A stretch of 64,000 nt of DNA from an uncultured Coriobacteriales bacterium (GCA_934646835.1 CAKUES010000005.1:12860-76859), one strand, 5' to 3'. Shown: positions 1 through 8,507, counted from the first letter of the stretch. Numbers and translations are program-made. The notes: generated from the sequence alone by a model not told the origin.

Positions 1-277
1 CCAGGCAGCGATGAAGAAGGCCGGCATCAAGTACAGCGGCGTGGTGAGGTCGGAGAGCATGAGCGTGCTTTTGGCGCTGTGCAACGAGGGCCTTGGAGCG
101 GTCTTCTGTCCCAACGCGCTGCTCGACGCCTTCGAGCAGGACAACCGACGCCTCGCCCGCATCCACCTCACCGAGCCCGCGTCCTACCAGATCTCCATCG
201 GCCGCCCCTCCAACGCCGAGCCCTGGACCCCCGCTCAAGTCTTCGAGGATATCCTCGGCGCGCTGTACGGGGAGTAG
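1..277 (+). CDS. LysR-family regulator, C-terminal (effector-binding) fragment; the 5' end lies outside the window
   Basis: The reading frame of ORF 11..277 is open to the window edge. The translation (SESMSVLLALCNEGLGAVFCPNALL...ISIGRPSN) resembles the C-terminal lobe of LysR-type regulators. Recognised by eye only. Confidence 0.5.
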   Translation, partial: QAAMKKAGIKYSGVVRSESMSVLLALCNEGLGAVFCPNALLDAFEQDNRRLARIHLTEPASYQISIGRPSNAEPWTPAQVFEDILGALYGE

Positions 278-408
278 GCGGGAAACGGGGTACGCTGCAA
301 TCAGAACCACGTTTATCAAAAGATGCGGGTCTCCCCCTCTTCATGGCAAACCATCGCTTGCGACAACTCACACTCAACAGAGCCGCTATGTCTCGCCGGA
401 GGTCTGCC

Positions 409-555
409 ATCAAAAAGTGCACGAAGTGTTAAGGGTTGATGCAAGTTGTCGAGTAGCCACAAATCTGCAACGCTGTGACCTGCGGTTTTGCAAGCGTCAA
501 CTGCCGGCTACTCGCCTGCTCGCCGAAACCCTTAACACTTCGTGCACTTTTTGAT
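409..555. repeat. Foldback element family F, copy 1: 27-bp perfect inverted repeats around a 93-bp core
   Basis: ATCAAAAAGTGCACGAAGTGTTAAGGG (409-435) is the exact reverse complement of 529-555. The core is 436-528. A second copy lies at 1703-1849 with the core inverted. Confidence 0.9.
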
Positions 556-597
556 TCCAACGCGCGCTTGCGAGACGCCAACCCACCGCAACACGAT

Positions 598-619
598 GGC
601 GCCGACTTCGTCTGGCGCC
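598..619 (-). repeat. REP-like hairpin, class B (degenerate tail)
   Basis: GGCGCCGACTTCGTCTGGCGCC followed by CACA instead of TACG. Same hairpin as 8 other copies. Confidence 0.7.
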
Positions 620-817
620 CACATGGGGTTTCGCGCCCAAAGGCGCTAACGCGAAACTCGCCGCGAGCAGCAGCAAGGCAAGCAAATCATGCCACCCGAG
701 CCATTGTTGGCACCCTGCTTTTTAGCCACAAATACGTTTAAGGAAAGAAATGAACAGGGCCGCAAGTCGATGACCTGCGGCCCCTGCATATAAGTGATTT
801 CCATCTGACGGGAGCGA

Positions 818-1027
818 CTACTCATCTTCCTCATAGCGAATGATGTCTCCAGGCTGACAATCAAGCTCTTTGCAAATGGCCTCGAGCGTGGAGAACCTGA
901 TCGCCTTCACCTTCCCCGCTTTGAGGTTCGACATGTTGACTCGGCTGATGCCGACCTTCTTTGCAAGATCGGTGACCGTGATCTTTTTCATCCTCATCAA
1001 CTCATCTAGATGAACAGTGATTGCCAT
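818..1027 (-). CDS. XRE/YozG-type helix-turn-helix transcriptional regulator
   Basis: MAITVHLDELMRMKKITVTDLAKKVGISRVNMSNLKAGKVKAIRFSTLEAICKELDCQPGDII matches the short YozG-like HTH architecture. Start chosen at the internal Met (1027) of ORF 818..1060. Sits directly downstream of a DUF2975-like membrane gene, the usual pairing. Confidence 0.8.
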   Translation of the reverse strand: MAITVHLDELMRMKKITVTDLAKKVGISRVNMSNLKAGKVKAIRFSTLEAICKELDCQPGDIIRYEEDE

Positions 1028-1056
1028 ATGCGAGTCATCCCGCCCCGTGCCGTCCG

Positions 1057-1437
1057 TCAAACAATATATCTACCGACCAAAGCCAGAATCAGAGAGCAAA
1101 GATAACTGCAAATCAGCACGGAAACAAGGAGTCCCAGACCGGCAATCATAGGAAAAACTCTAAACACATATGCAAAGCCAGCACATACCGCCAAACCCAG
1201 CGCAAGGGCAATCGCATTCCCGCGCTTAGCCTGAAGCGCCCTCGAAGCCAACCATATAGAGGAAAGCGCCACAAGCAGAACAACAGCTATGCGCCACGCA
1301 CCAAAGAGGCTCATGCTGATCTCGAACCTCTGATACATAACCAGCAGATAGGGGTCAGCGAAATAAGCTGCGATCGACAGGCAAGGTATCACCAGCACCG
1401 TCAAACAATGGGACAGAGCCCCCTTCAGTTTTTCCAT
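1057..1437 (-). CDS. DUF2975-like multi-pass membrane protein, partner of the YozG-type HTH
   Basis: Four hydrophobic segments in the translation. Start at MEKLKGAL (1437), preceded by AAGGAGAG. Gene-pair context supports the call. Confidence 0.65.
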   Translation of the reverse strand: MEKLKGALSHCLTVLVIPCLSIAAYFADPYLLVMYQRFEISMSLFGAWRIAVVLLVALSSIWLASRALQAKRGNAIALALGLAVCAGFAYVFRVFPMIAGLGLLVSVLICSYLCSLILALVGRYIV

Positions 1438-1702
1438 GATGCTCTCCTTTCCCTTGGCAGCTAATCTCCAAACGTCATAAAGCAACATCTTTGCAAAACC
1501 AATGCATCATCACTGGCGCAAGTTAAGAATACTATGGAGTGTAATGATTGTCGATACATTATGTGCTTTATTCCATTAATTATTGAGCTGCGGTTGTAAC
1601 CTGGAAGATGTTAGCTGGCTCGAGTGAACTGTCACGCGACAACTGACCCTCAAACACGAAGCCCGACACGGCAAAGGTAATGTGTCTCGCCGGGGGTCTG
1701 CC

Positions 1703-1849
1703 ATCAAAAAGTACACGAAGTGTTAAGGGTTTCGGCGAACAGACGAGTAGACGGCGATTGAAGCTCGCAAAACCGCAGGTCACAGCGTTGCGACCTTGTG
1801 ACTACTCGGTATTCTGCTTTAACCCTTAACACTTCGTGCACTTTTTGAT
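1703..1849. repeat. Foldback element family F, copy 2 (core inverted relative to copy 1)
   Basis: Inverted repeats at 1703-1729 and 1823-1849 (one mismatch, GTACAC vs GTGCAC). The 93-bp core 1730-1822 is about 80 percent identical to the reverse complement of core 436-528, while the outer flanks stay collinear. Confidence 0.9.
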
Positions 1850-1891
1850 TCCGGCGCGCGCTTGCGAGCCGCCAGTTCTCTACAACCTGAT

Positions 1892-1917
1892 AGCGCCGAC
1901 TTCGTCTGGCGTCTACG
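1892..1917 (-). repeat. REP-like hairpin, class B, plus TACG
   Basis: AGCGCCGACTTCGTCTGGCGTC followed by TACG. Confidence 0.75.
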
Positions 1918-1971
1918 AAGGGTTTCGGGCTCGATGAGGCTGACGCACAGCGCATCGCAAGTTGCAACGGT

Positions 1972-1997
1972 GGGGCGGAATGAACTCCGCCCCTACG
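1972..1997 (-). repeat. REP-like hairpin, class C, plus TACG
   Basis: GGGGCGGAATGAACTCCGCCCC followed by TACG. Confidence 0.8.
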
Positions 1998-2095
1998 TAT
2001 TTGCGCTGTGAATCACATGCACTTGAGCGCCATCAATCCCAAACAAAGCGCAAGCAGAAAACCCCTAGGGAAGCGCCGATTAACGGGAGCTATAT

Positions 2096-2122
2096 GGGGA
2101 GGGACAGGGTCCCTCCCCTACG
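2096..2122 (-). repeat. REP-like hairpin, class A, plus TACG
   Basis: GGGGAGGGAC-AGG-GTCCCTCCCC followed by TACG. Confidence 0.85.
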
Positions 2123-2189
2123 AAGGGTCCCAGACCAGCAAAACATTCGTAGCGTCATGCGGATAGCCGCCGACACGCTGCAACCTGAC

Positions 2190-2211
2190 GGCGTCGACTT
2201 CGTCTGACGCC
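2190..2211 (-). repeat. REP-like hairpin, class B (degenerate)
   Basis: GGCGTCGACTTCGTCTGACGCC, with a compensatory C/G to T/A change in the stem. Tail is GAGG rather than TACG. Confidence 0.6.
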
Positions 2212-2266
2212 GAGGGGTTTCGAGCCCGATGGAGCTAACGCGCAGCACGCCGCGAGTTGCAGCGGT

Positions 2267-2292
2267 GGGGCGGAATGAATTCCGCCCCTACG
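2267..2292 (-). repeat. REP-like hairpin, class C, plus TACG
   Basis: GGGGCGGAATGAATTCCGCCCC followed by TACG. Confidence 0.8.
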
Positions 2293-2374
2293 AATTTGCG
2301 CCGCGAATCATACAGCGCACATGAGTCACCGATTCCTAGAAAACACAAGGAAGAATCCCCGCCAAGTTGCCCCA

Positions 2375-2552
2375 TCCACAGGCCGCAGCTCAACGACATC
2401 CGCCCCCACGGAACGAGCACGGCAACGCCCCGCACCCACAAGTTGCAACTCAACGTCACTCGCCCCGCGAAGCGAGCGAACCGATGCTGAGCGCCCACAG
2501 CCCGCAGTTCAACGTCACTCGCCCCGCGAAGCGAGCACAGCGATGCTTCGCG
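2375..2552. repeat. Tandem repeat, three units of about 59-60 bp
   Basis: Units at 2375-2434, 2435-2493 and 2494-2552 share CCACA..GCA.CTCAACG.CA..CGCCCC. The last two each carry the small hairpin CTCGC-CCCGCGAA-GCGAG. Confidence 0.75.
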
Positions 2553-2605
2553 CCAGCTGGCCGCAACCCCCAGCCCCGCCCTCCCACGCAACCACGGGGA
2601 GGGTC

Positions 2606-2796
2606 GGCGGGGGTGGAGGGGAGGCCGGCGAGGTGCGCTCGCGCAACCGCTTCTACTCTAGTTGCGCGTAGCGGAGCGCACGAGCATACAAGAAATCCCC
2701 CGGCAGGGCCGCGCATCGCGCAGGGACCCAACCGGGGGATTTCTTGTATGCGAGCAGCGGAGCGGCCACCTCGCCGGCCTCCCCTCCGCCCCCGCC
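2606..2796. repeat. Long composite palindrome (family H) directly downstream of glnR
   Basis: The 30-bp outer arms GGCGGGGGTGGAGGGGAGGCCGGCGAGGTG (2606-2635) and 2767-2796 are near-perfect reverse complements. Inner hairpins are GCGCAAC..GTTGCGC (2641-2668) and GCATACAAGAAATCCCCCGG (2684-2703) paired with 2732-2751. A related element lies at 36835-36948. Confidence 0.85.
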
Positions 2797-2813
2797 GCCA
2801 CGAGCAGCGGGCG

Positions 2814-3479
2814 TCACATACTCCACATGTACCCAACACCGCGCACCGTCTCCAGTCGCGCGGCAAGCTCCGTCCCGAGCTTTGCGCGCACACGGCGCAC
2901 ATGAACATCGACCGTACGGCTGCCGCCGTAGTACTCGAATCCCCAAACACGGCGCAGCAACGTGTCGCGGCTGTACGCATGCCCGGGATGCGTCACCAAA
3001 AACGCGAGCAGCGCATATTCGAGATACGTGAAGTCCAACGGCTCACCATCGACCTGCACCTGATAGGTCGACAGGTTGATCACCATAGAATCCACGGTGA
3101 TGAAATCGGAGGAAGCCGTCTCCTCGCCCGGCCACAGCAGATGGCGCAGGCGAACCTGGAGCTCCTCGGCACTTGCATCCACCAACGCGAAGTCCGCATT
3201 GAGCTTAGACGGCATGCGCAAGATCTTGAGCGCGTCGTGCTCAACGATGAGCAGCACGGAGTCCTGTCCTGCAAGCTCCATGTTCTTCTCGAAGTCTGCT
3301 ACCTGATCGGCTTTCGAGGTCAGCACCTTGTAGACGACGAGGTCGATATCCTGTGCGGCGCCGGGAAAATCGCGTGACGAGCACGAGACGCAATCGGCGT
3401 CGAGACTTGCAACCGCCGATGCGACGGCATCAGAAGCATGCAGCCCATCATGAACGTAGAGAACCTTTTTCCTATGCAT
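2814..3479 (-). CDS. glnR: GlnR-like orphan OmpR-family response regulator (nitrogen regulation)
   Basis: The C-terminal winged helix (SRTVDVHVRRVRAKLGTELAARLETVRGVGYMW) closely resembles actinobacterial GlnR. Lies 27 bp downstream of glnA on the same strand. The receiver domain looks atypical (DLVVYKVL where DLVLLD is expected). Confidence 0.8.
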   Translation of the reverse strand: MHRKKVLYVHDGLHASDAVASAVASLDADCVSCSSRDFPGAAQDIDLVVYKVLTSKADQVADFEKNMELAGQDSVLLIVEHDALKILRMPSKLNADFALVDASAEELQVRLRHLLWPGEETASSDFITVDSMVINLSTYQVQVDGEPLDFTYLEYALLAFLVTHPGHAYSRDTLLRRVWGFEYYGGSRTVDVHVRRVRAKLGTELAARLETVRGVGYMWSM

Positions 3480-3506
3480 GGTCTTGTACCCTCTCTGCCA
3501 AAACCG

Positions 3507-4850
3507 CTACAGAATCTCGAGATAACGATCGAGTTCCCACTTGGAAACCGTCTTGCAGTACTCGCTCCACTCAGCTTCCTTCGCCTTGAGGATATAGCTG
3601 TGCGTATGCTCGCCCAGAATGTCCTTCATCAGCTTGGAATCACGGAAGCTCTCGATTGCCTGGCCGAGGTCGCGGGGAAGTTGCTCGATGCCAGCCGCCT
3701 CGCGTTCCTCGCGCGTCATCGTGAAGATCTTGTCGTCGATCTCTGCCGGAAGCTCGAGCTTCTGCTCGACGCCCGCCAAGCCTGCGCCGAGCATGACCGC
3801 GAAGGCAAGGTAGGGATTGCAGGCAGGATCCGGGCTGCGCAGCTCGAAGCGCGTAGACTCCGCCTTACCGGGCTTGTACATCGGCACGCGGACGAGCGCA
3901 TTGCGGTTGCGGTTTGCCCAAGTGCAGTACACCGGTGCCTCGCGCCCCGCCTGCAGGCGCTTGTAGGAGTTGACGTATTGGTTGGTGATCAGCGAGAACT
4001 CCGGCGCGTACTTGATGAGGCCGGCGATATAGTGCTTGGCGACATCACTCAGGCCGTAGCCCAACGGGTCCACAGCGTCGAAGAAGACGTTGGAGTCGTC
4101 CATGTCGAACAGCGACTGGTGGACGTGCATGGCGCTGCCGGGCTGGTCGGCGATGGGTTTGGGCATAAAGCTCGCGTGGTAGCCGTGCTTAATCGCGATC
4201 TCCTTGACGATGATGCGGTAGGTCATCACCGCGTCTGCCATCGACATCGCGTCGTCGTAGCGCAGGTGGATCTCCTGCTGGCCGGCACCGACCTCGTGAT
4301 GCGAGTACTCGACGGGAATACCCATCTGCTCGAGGGTGAGGATGGTGTCGCGGCGCAGGTCGCTCGCGTTGTCGAGCGTGGTGAGGTCGAAGTAGGAGCC
4401 GTTGTCGATGGGCGTCGCGTGCTCCGTATCTGTGAAGTAGTAGTACTCAAGCTCCGGGCCGACGATCATGTTGTAGCCCATATCGGCCGCCTTATCGAGG
4501 CTGCGGCGCAGGATATGGCGCGGGTCTCCCTCGAAGGGCTTACCGTCGGGGGTAACGATGTTGCAGAACATGCGAGCGACGCCGTTGTCCTTGGGGCGCC
4601 AAGGCAGCGTCTGGAAGGTGCTTGCATCCGGGAAGGCGAGCATGTCGGACTCGCCGTTGCGACCAAAGCCCTCGATGCAACCGCCATCGAAGCCCATGCC
4701 CTCCTCGAAGGCAGTCGCAAGCTCGCTCGGCGTGATAGCAAAGGACTTCATCTGGCCCAAAGCATCGGTAAACCACAGACGGATGAAGTGGATGTTGCGC
4801 TCCTTGATCGTCTTGAAAACGTAGTCCCTGTTCGCGGCACCCATGTCCAT
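3507..4850 (-). CDS. glnA: Glutamine synthetase, type I
   Basis: Full-length GS-like translation (FIRLWFTDALGQMKSF..., GFDGGCIEGF, EVGAGQQEI, SFMPKP, NRNALVRVP). Start moved to MDMGAAN (4850), preceded by AGGAGG. Confidence 0.92.
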   Translation of the reverse strand: MDMGAANRDYVFKTIKERNIHFIRLWFTDALGQMKSFAITPSELATAFEEGMGFDGGCIEGFGRNGESDMLAFPDASTFQTLPWRPKDNGVARMFCNIVTPDGKPFEGDPRHILRRSLDKAADMGYNMIVGPELEYYYFTDTEHATPIDNGSYFDLTTLDNASDLRRDTILTLEQMGIPVEYSHHEVGAGQQEIHLRYDDAMSMADAVMTYRIIVKEIAIKHGYHASFMPKPIADQPGSAMHVHQSLFDMDDSNVFFDAVDPLGYGLSDVAKHYIAGLIKYAPEFSLITNQYVNSYKRLQAGREAPVYCTWANRNRNALVRVPMYKPGKAESTRFELRSPDPACNPYLAFAVMLGAGLAGVEQKLELPAEIDDKIFTMTREEREAAGIEQLPRDLGQAIESFRDSKLMKDILGEHTHSYILKAKEAEWSEYCKTVSKWELDRYLEIL

Positions 4851-5134
4851 GATGATCCTCCTATAACTAACTGCCATTCGAGCGATCTTGATTTCGTTTT
4901 ATAAGGTAAAGAGTATCGCAGCGTCAGATTGCAAACGCGTTACCGATTCCAAAAAGAAAACATAGCAGGGTGATAGGTCTGATTTCAAGCTCACTCACCC
5001 ATAAAGAGCTGGGCTTTTGCCGAATAATGACCGAGATGAAAAGAAGCTCACAACGACGGACGCCAGAGCTCTCCTGCATCACGTCCGCGCGCACAGCCAC
5101 AAGCTCGCGCAAGGACCTCTTCGATCGGCATAAG

Positions 5135-5252
5135 CTAGGGAGACACTGATTAATGCGAGGTTTATGGGGAGGGACAGGGTCCCTCCCCTACGTGACCAGC
5201 GGTTTTGCCAATCGTACGCAGCGGGCACTTGCTTTAATCAGCGTTTCCCTAG
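5135..5252 (+). mobile_element. MITE-like element (about 118 bp), copy 1, carrying a class A REP hairpin
   Basis: CTAGGGAGACACTGATTAATGCGAGG...GGGGAGGGACAGGGTCCCTCCCCTACG...GCTTTAATCAGCGTTTCCCTAG. Has terminal inverted repeats and CTAG at both ends. Four copies in the window. Confidence 0.85.
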
Positions 5253-5274
5253 GTGGGCTCCACCTGATTTCCGC

Positions 5275-5551
5275 GCGAACTGAGTGGGATCTACCGATTA
5301 CCGTGTCGAACTGGGTGATTTGCGCCTGACTCCTGCGCGAACTGGGTAGTTTTGAGTTTTGTTTTCACGAACTGGGTGGTTTTGGCAGAGCATCTCGATC
5401 TGGGCGAAAACTCGCAAGCCCCTGACCTGCGGCTTTACAGAGCAAGCTCTGAGCTTTCACTCCAAAGGACGAATCAAACCACCCAGTTCGCGAAATTAAC
5501 TTTGCAAACCACCCAGTTCGTCGCAGTTTTCGAGCACAATCGCCCAGTTCC
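5275..5551. repeat. Foldback repeat family G (CGAACTGGGTGGTT motif array)
   Basis: Four direct copies of CGAACTG(G/A)GT.. (5275-5382) face three inverted copies AACCACCCAGTTCG (5477-5551). A related element lies at 35081-35299. Confidence 0.8.
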
Positions 5552-5588
5552 CCACCTCGCAGGCGCAAGCCATCTCGCAGCAAGCTAT

Positions 5589-5614
5589 GGCGCCGACTAC
5601 GTCAGGCGCCTACG
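5589..5614 (-). repeat. REP-like hairpin, class B, plus TACG
   Basis: GGCGCCGACTACGTCAGGCGCC followed by TACG. Confidence 0.8.
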
Positions 5615-5687
5615 TGGGGTCCAGGGCTCACCGTCGCTAACGCGAGAGCGCCTCGTTCGCGGCAAGGACAGAGCGGCTCGCACCAGT

Positions 5688-5783
5688 GGCCAGTGTGCGC
5701 CAGTGACAAGATGACCAACATCGTTGAGTCGATGACATCGAGAGCGCTCTATGTTGGTCAACTTGTCACTGGCACACACTGGC
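5688..5783. repeat. Foldback element family D (GCCAGTGAC core), long form, directly downstream of metH
   Basis: GGCCAGTGTGCGCCAGTGACAAGATGACCAACAT (5688-5720) is nearly the reverse complement of 5751-5783. Confidence 0.8.
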
Positions 5784-5822
5784 CACACTGACCACTTCGA
5801 CCCCGTAACCCTGCAAACTCCC

Positions 5823-8429
5823 CTAGACCTCGTGGGCGGCGAAGTACTCCTCGGCGACGCGGGCAGAGGCGGCGGCATCCTTGGTGTAGTAGGTTGCGCC
5901 GATCTGCTTGGCGTAGTCCTCCGTGAGGACCGCGCCACCAACAAAGGTCTCGACCTCGGGCGCCTCCTTGGCAAGCAAGGCGATAGTCTCCTCCATGGAG
6001 CGCACCGTCGTCGTCATGAGGGCGGAAAGACCCACCAAGCCCACCTTGTACTCGCGCACCGCATCGAGCACCGCTTGCGGGGCCACGTCCTTGCCCAGGT
6101 CGATGATCGTGAAGCCGTAGTTCTCCATAAGCATCTTGACGATGTTCTTGCCGATGTCGTGGATGTCGCCCTTGACCGTCGCGAGGATCACCGGGCACTT
6201 GCCCGGCGGCGTCTCGCCCTGACCCATATGGGCCTTGACCACGTCGAAGCCAGCTTTGACGGCCTCCGCAGAAGCCATGAGCTGCGGCAAGAAGAACTTG
6301 CCGGCGTCAAAGCGCAGGCCCACCTCGTCGAGCGTGGGGATGAGCAGCTTGTTGACGACGTCGAGCGAATCGTGCGCGGCGAGCAGCTCCTCGGTCGCCG
6401 CGCCCATGGGTTCGGCGCGACCGGTGAGGATAAGGTCTTGGATCTGCGCGACGAGCGCGGCACTGTCGGCAAACTCGTCGGGGACGGGCAAGCTGGAAGC
6501 AGCAACAGCAGGCTGCACCGGCGCGGGTGCCTTGGCAGCCGCGACAGCGCCCTCCCCTGCCGCAAGACCCTCGATGCCGGCAGCCTGGCAGACGAGCGCG
6601 AGACCCTGGCGCATCAGCTCCTCGTCAACTGCAACGCCTTGGTTGTCGTAGGGGTCAGGCGTCTCGTTGCAGCGCTCGATATAGGCGCGCGCACCGGCGT
6701 CCTGGCCGGTGAGCACACGCTGACAGGCAACAACGTCGCGGTAGCGACCCGCATTGGGGTTGATAATCGGCAGATCGAGGCCGGCGCCAAAGGCCGCAGC
6801 CAAGAAACTCGAGCTCATGAGGTTGCGCTGGGGCAGGCCAAAGCTGATGTTGGAGACGCCGAGCGTCGTGCGGCAGCCGAGCTCCGCCTTCACGCGGCGG
6901 ATGGCGGCGAGAATCTCACTGGCCTCCGGTTGATTGGTCGCAACGGCCATGGTGAGGCAGTCGATGACGACATCGCAGCGCGGGATGCCGTAGGCCTCGG
7001 CCTCCTCCACGATGCGCTTGGCGATGGCGAAGCGACCCTCTGCCGTGGGCGGAATGCCGCCCTCGTCGAGCGTCAGGCCGATGACCGCCGCACCGTACTT
7101 CTTGGCGATGGGCAGGATGGCGTCGAGGTTGTCGCGCTTGCCGTTGACGGAGTTGATGAGGGGCTTGCCCGCGTAACCGCGCACCGCGCGCTCGACGGCG
7201 GCGGGGTCGCTCGAGTCGATGACGAGCGGCAGCGTGCAGGTCGACTGCAGGCGCTGCACGGCGGCGTCGAGGACAGCGGGCTCGTCGAGCTCTGGCAGGC
7301 CGACGTTGACGTCGAGGATATCCGCGCCAAAGCCCTGCTGGCCGACGGCCTCTCCCACCAGGTAGTCGAGGTTGCCCTCGCGCAGAGCCTCCTTGAGCTT
7401 GGGCTTGCCCGTCGGGTTGATGCGCTCGCCGATTACGGCGATGTCCGCGCTGCCAGCGGGAAGTATCAGCGCCTCCTGGGCGCTGGTGATGATGAAATCC
7501 TCAGGGAGCTCGCGCTTGAGGGGCGCTTTGCGCTCGCGCGTCAAGCGGACGAGCTCGGCGATGAAGGCAGGGCTGGTACCGCAGCAGCCGCCCACCACGC
7601 TCGCGCCGGCGTCGAGGATGCCCTCCATGGCGGCGGCAAAGTCCTGCGCCGTGACGTCATAGACGGTCTGCCCGTCCTCGATGCGCGGCAAGCCGGCGTT
7701 GGGCTGCACCATCAGCGGAACACGGCAGGTCGAGGCAAGCTCGCGCACGATCGGCTCCATCTGCGCGGGGCCGATCGAGCAATTCGCGCCGACCGCATGA
7801 GCACCGAGCGCGGACAGCACCGCGGTCGCCACCTGCGGCTTAGTGCCGAGGAAGGTGCGTCCGTCCTCCTCAAAGGTCATCGTGACGAAGACCGGCAGCG
7901 TCGAGTTCTCCTTGCAGGCGAGCACGGCAGCCTTGACCTCGCGCAAGTCTGCGACGGTCTCGATGAGCAGCAGATCGCAGCCAGCGGCCTGGGCGGCGAT
8001 CGCCTGCTCGGCAAAGAGCTCGTAGGCTTCCTCGAAGGAGAGCTCACCCATCGGCTGCAAAAGCGCACCGGTGGGACCGATGTCACCGGCAACGTAGCGC
8101 GCGCCGGCAGCGCGGGCGCACGCAGTCGCGGCGGCAAAGACCTCTGCGACAGTTGCGCGGCCCTCAAGCTTGCGGCTGTTGGCGCCAAAGGTGTTGGCGG
8201 TGATGACCTGTGCGCCTGCCTCGACATACTGCCGATGGATGGCGGTGATGTCGTCTGGATGCGTGATGTTGAGCAGGTCGGGGACCACACCGGGGCCGGC
8301 CAGGCCCGCAGCCTGCATCATCGTGCCCATCGCCCCGTCGAAGATGAGGAACTCCTCACCGCGCAGCACCGCCTCGAGGTATGCGTCCGCGATCGTCAGC
8401 CCTGCAAACGGGTCGTATGCCGTGGTCAT
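5823..8429 (-). CDS. metH: Cobalamin-dependent methionine synthase, short form (Hcy, pterin, B12-cap and B12 domains; no activation domain)
   Basis: LIFDGAMGTMMQ (Hcy domain), a pterin-binding region, and GDIHDIGKNIV (DxHxxG B12 motif). Start moved to MTTAYDPF (8429), preceded by GGAG. The upstream part of ORF 5823..8594 runs through a repeat. Confidence 0.92.
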   Translation of the reverse strand: MTTAYDPFAGLTIADAYLEAVLRGEEFLIFDGAMGTMMQAAGLAGPGVVPDLLNITHPDDITAIHRQYVEAGAQVITANTFGANSRKLEGRATVAEVFAAATACARAAGARYVAGDIGPTGALLQPMGELSFEEAYELFAEQAIAAQAAGCDLLLIETVADLREVKAAVLACKENSTLPVFVTMTFEEDGRTFLGTKPQVATAVLSALGAHAVGANCSIGPAQMEPIVRELASTCRVPLMVQPNAGLPRIEDGQTVYDVTAQDFAAAMEGILDAGASVVGGCCGTSPAFIAELVRLTRERKAPLKRELPEDFIITSAQEALILPAGSADIAVIGERINPTGKPKLKEALREGNLDYLVGEAVGQQGFGADILDVNVGLPELDEPAVLDAAVQRLQSTCTLPLVIDSSDPAAVERAVRGYAGKPLINSVNGKRDNLDAILPIAKKYGAAVIGLTLDEGGIPPTAEGRFAIAKRIVEEAEAYGIPRCDVVIDCLTMAVATNQPEASEILAAIRRVKAELGCRTTLGVSNISFGLPQRNLMSSSFLAAAFGAGLDLPIINPNAGRYRDVVACQRVLTGQDAGARAYIERCNETPDPYDNQGVAVDEELMRQGLALVCQAAGIEGLAAGEGAVAAAKAPAPVQPAVAASSLPVPDEFADSAALVAQIQDLILTGRAEPMGAATEELLAAHDSLDVVNKLLIPTLDEVGLRFDAGKFFLPQLMASAEAVKAGFDVVKAHMGQGETPPGKCPVILATVKGDIHDIGKNIVKMLMENYGFTIIDLGKDVAPQAVLDAVREYKVGLVGLSALMTTTVRSMEETIALLAKEAPEVETFVGGAVLTEDYAKQIGATYYTKDAAASARVAEEYFAAHEV

Positions 8430-8507
8430 CGTTGTTGCTCCTTCTATATGGTTCATGGCCCAAGGCCGTAGTCGGTGTATCAGTTTGCCACGCAAGACGA
8501 GGCGCCG

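Noticed and set aside
2367-3377. A 336-aa ORF spanning the repeat island and running antisense into glnR.
   Set aside because: The N-terminal half translates tandem repeats and palindromes (Pro/Arg/Ala-rich). The C-terminal half is the shadow of glnR.
4926-4944. GTAAC-N6-GCAAT (minus strand) upstream of glnA as a GlnR box (consensus GTnAC-n6-GaAAC).
   Set aside because: Only one partial half-site pair was found, and the consensus derives from distant actinomycetes. The support is insufficient to annotate it.
5751-8471. A 906-aa ORF antisense to metH. Similar very long antisense or shadow ORFs include 3438..4904, 8546..10003, 31304..33439, 38513..40180, 42196..44046, 46559..48547, 50220..51971, 52049..53659, 54722..56707 and 61204..62676.
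   Set aside because: Each one fully overlaps a gene on the opposite strand that has clear family motifs. Their translations are Arg/Ala/Gly/His/Asp-rich with no recognisable motifs, which is typical of stop-poor antisense frames in GC-rich DNA.
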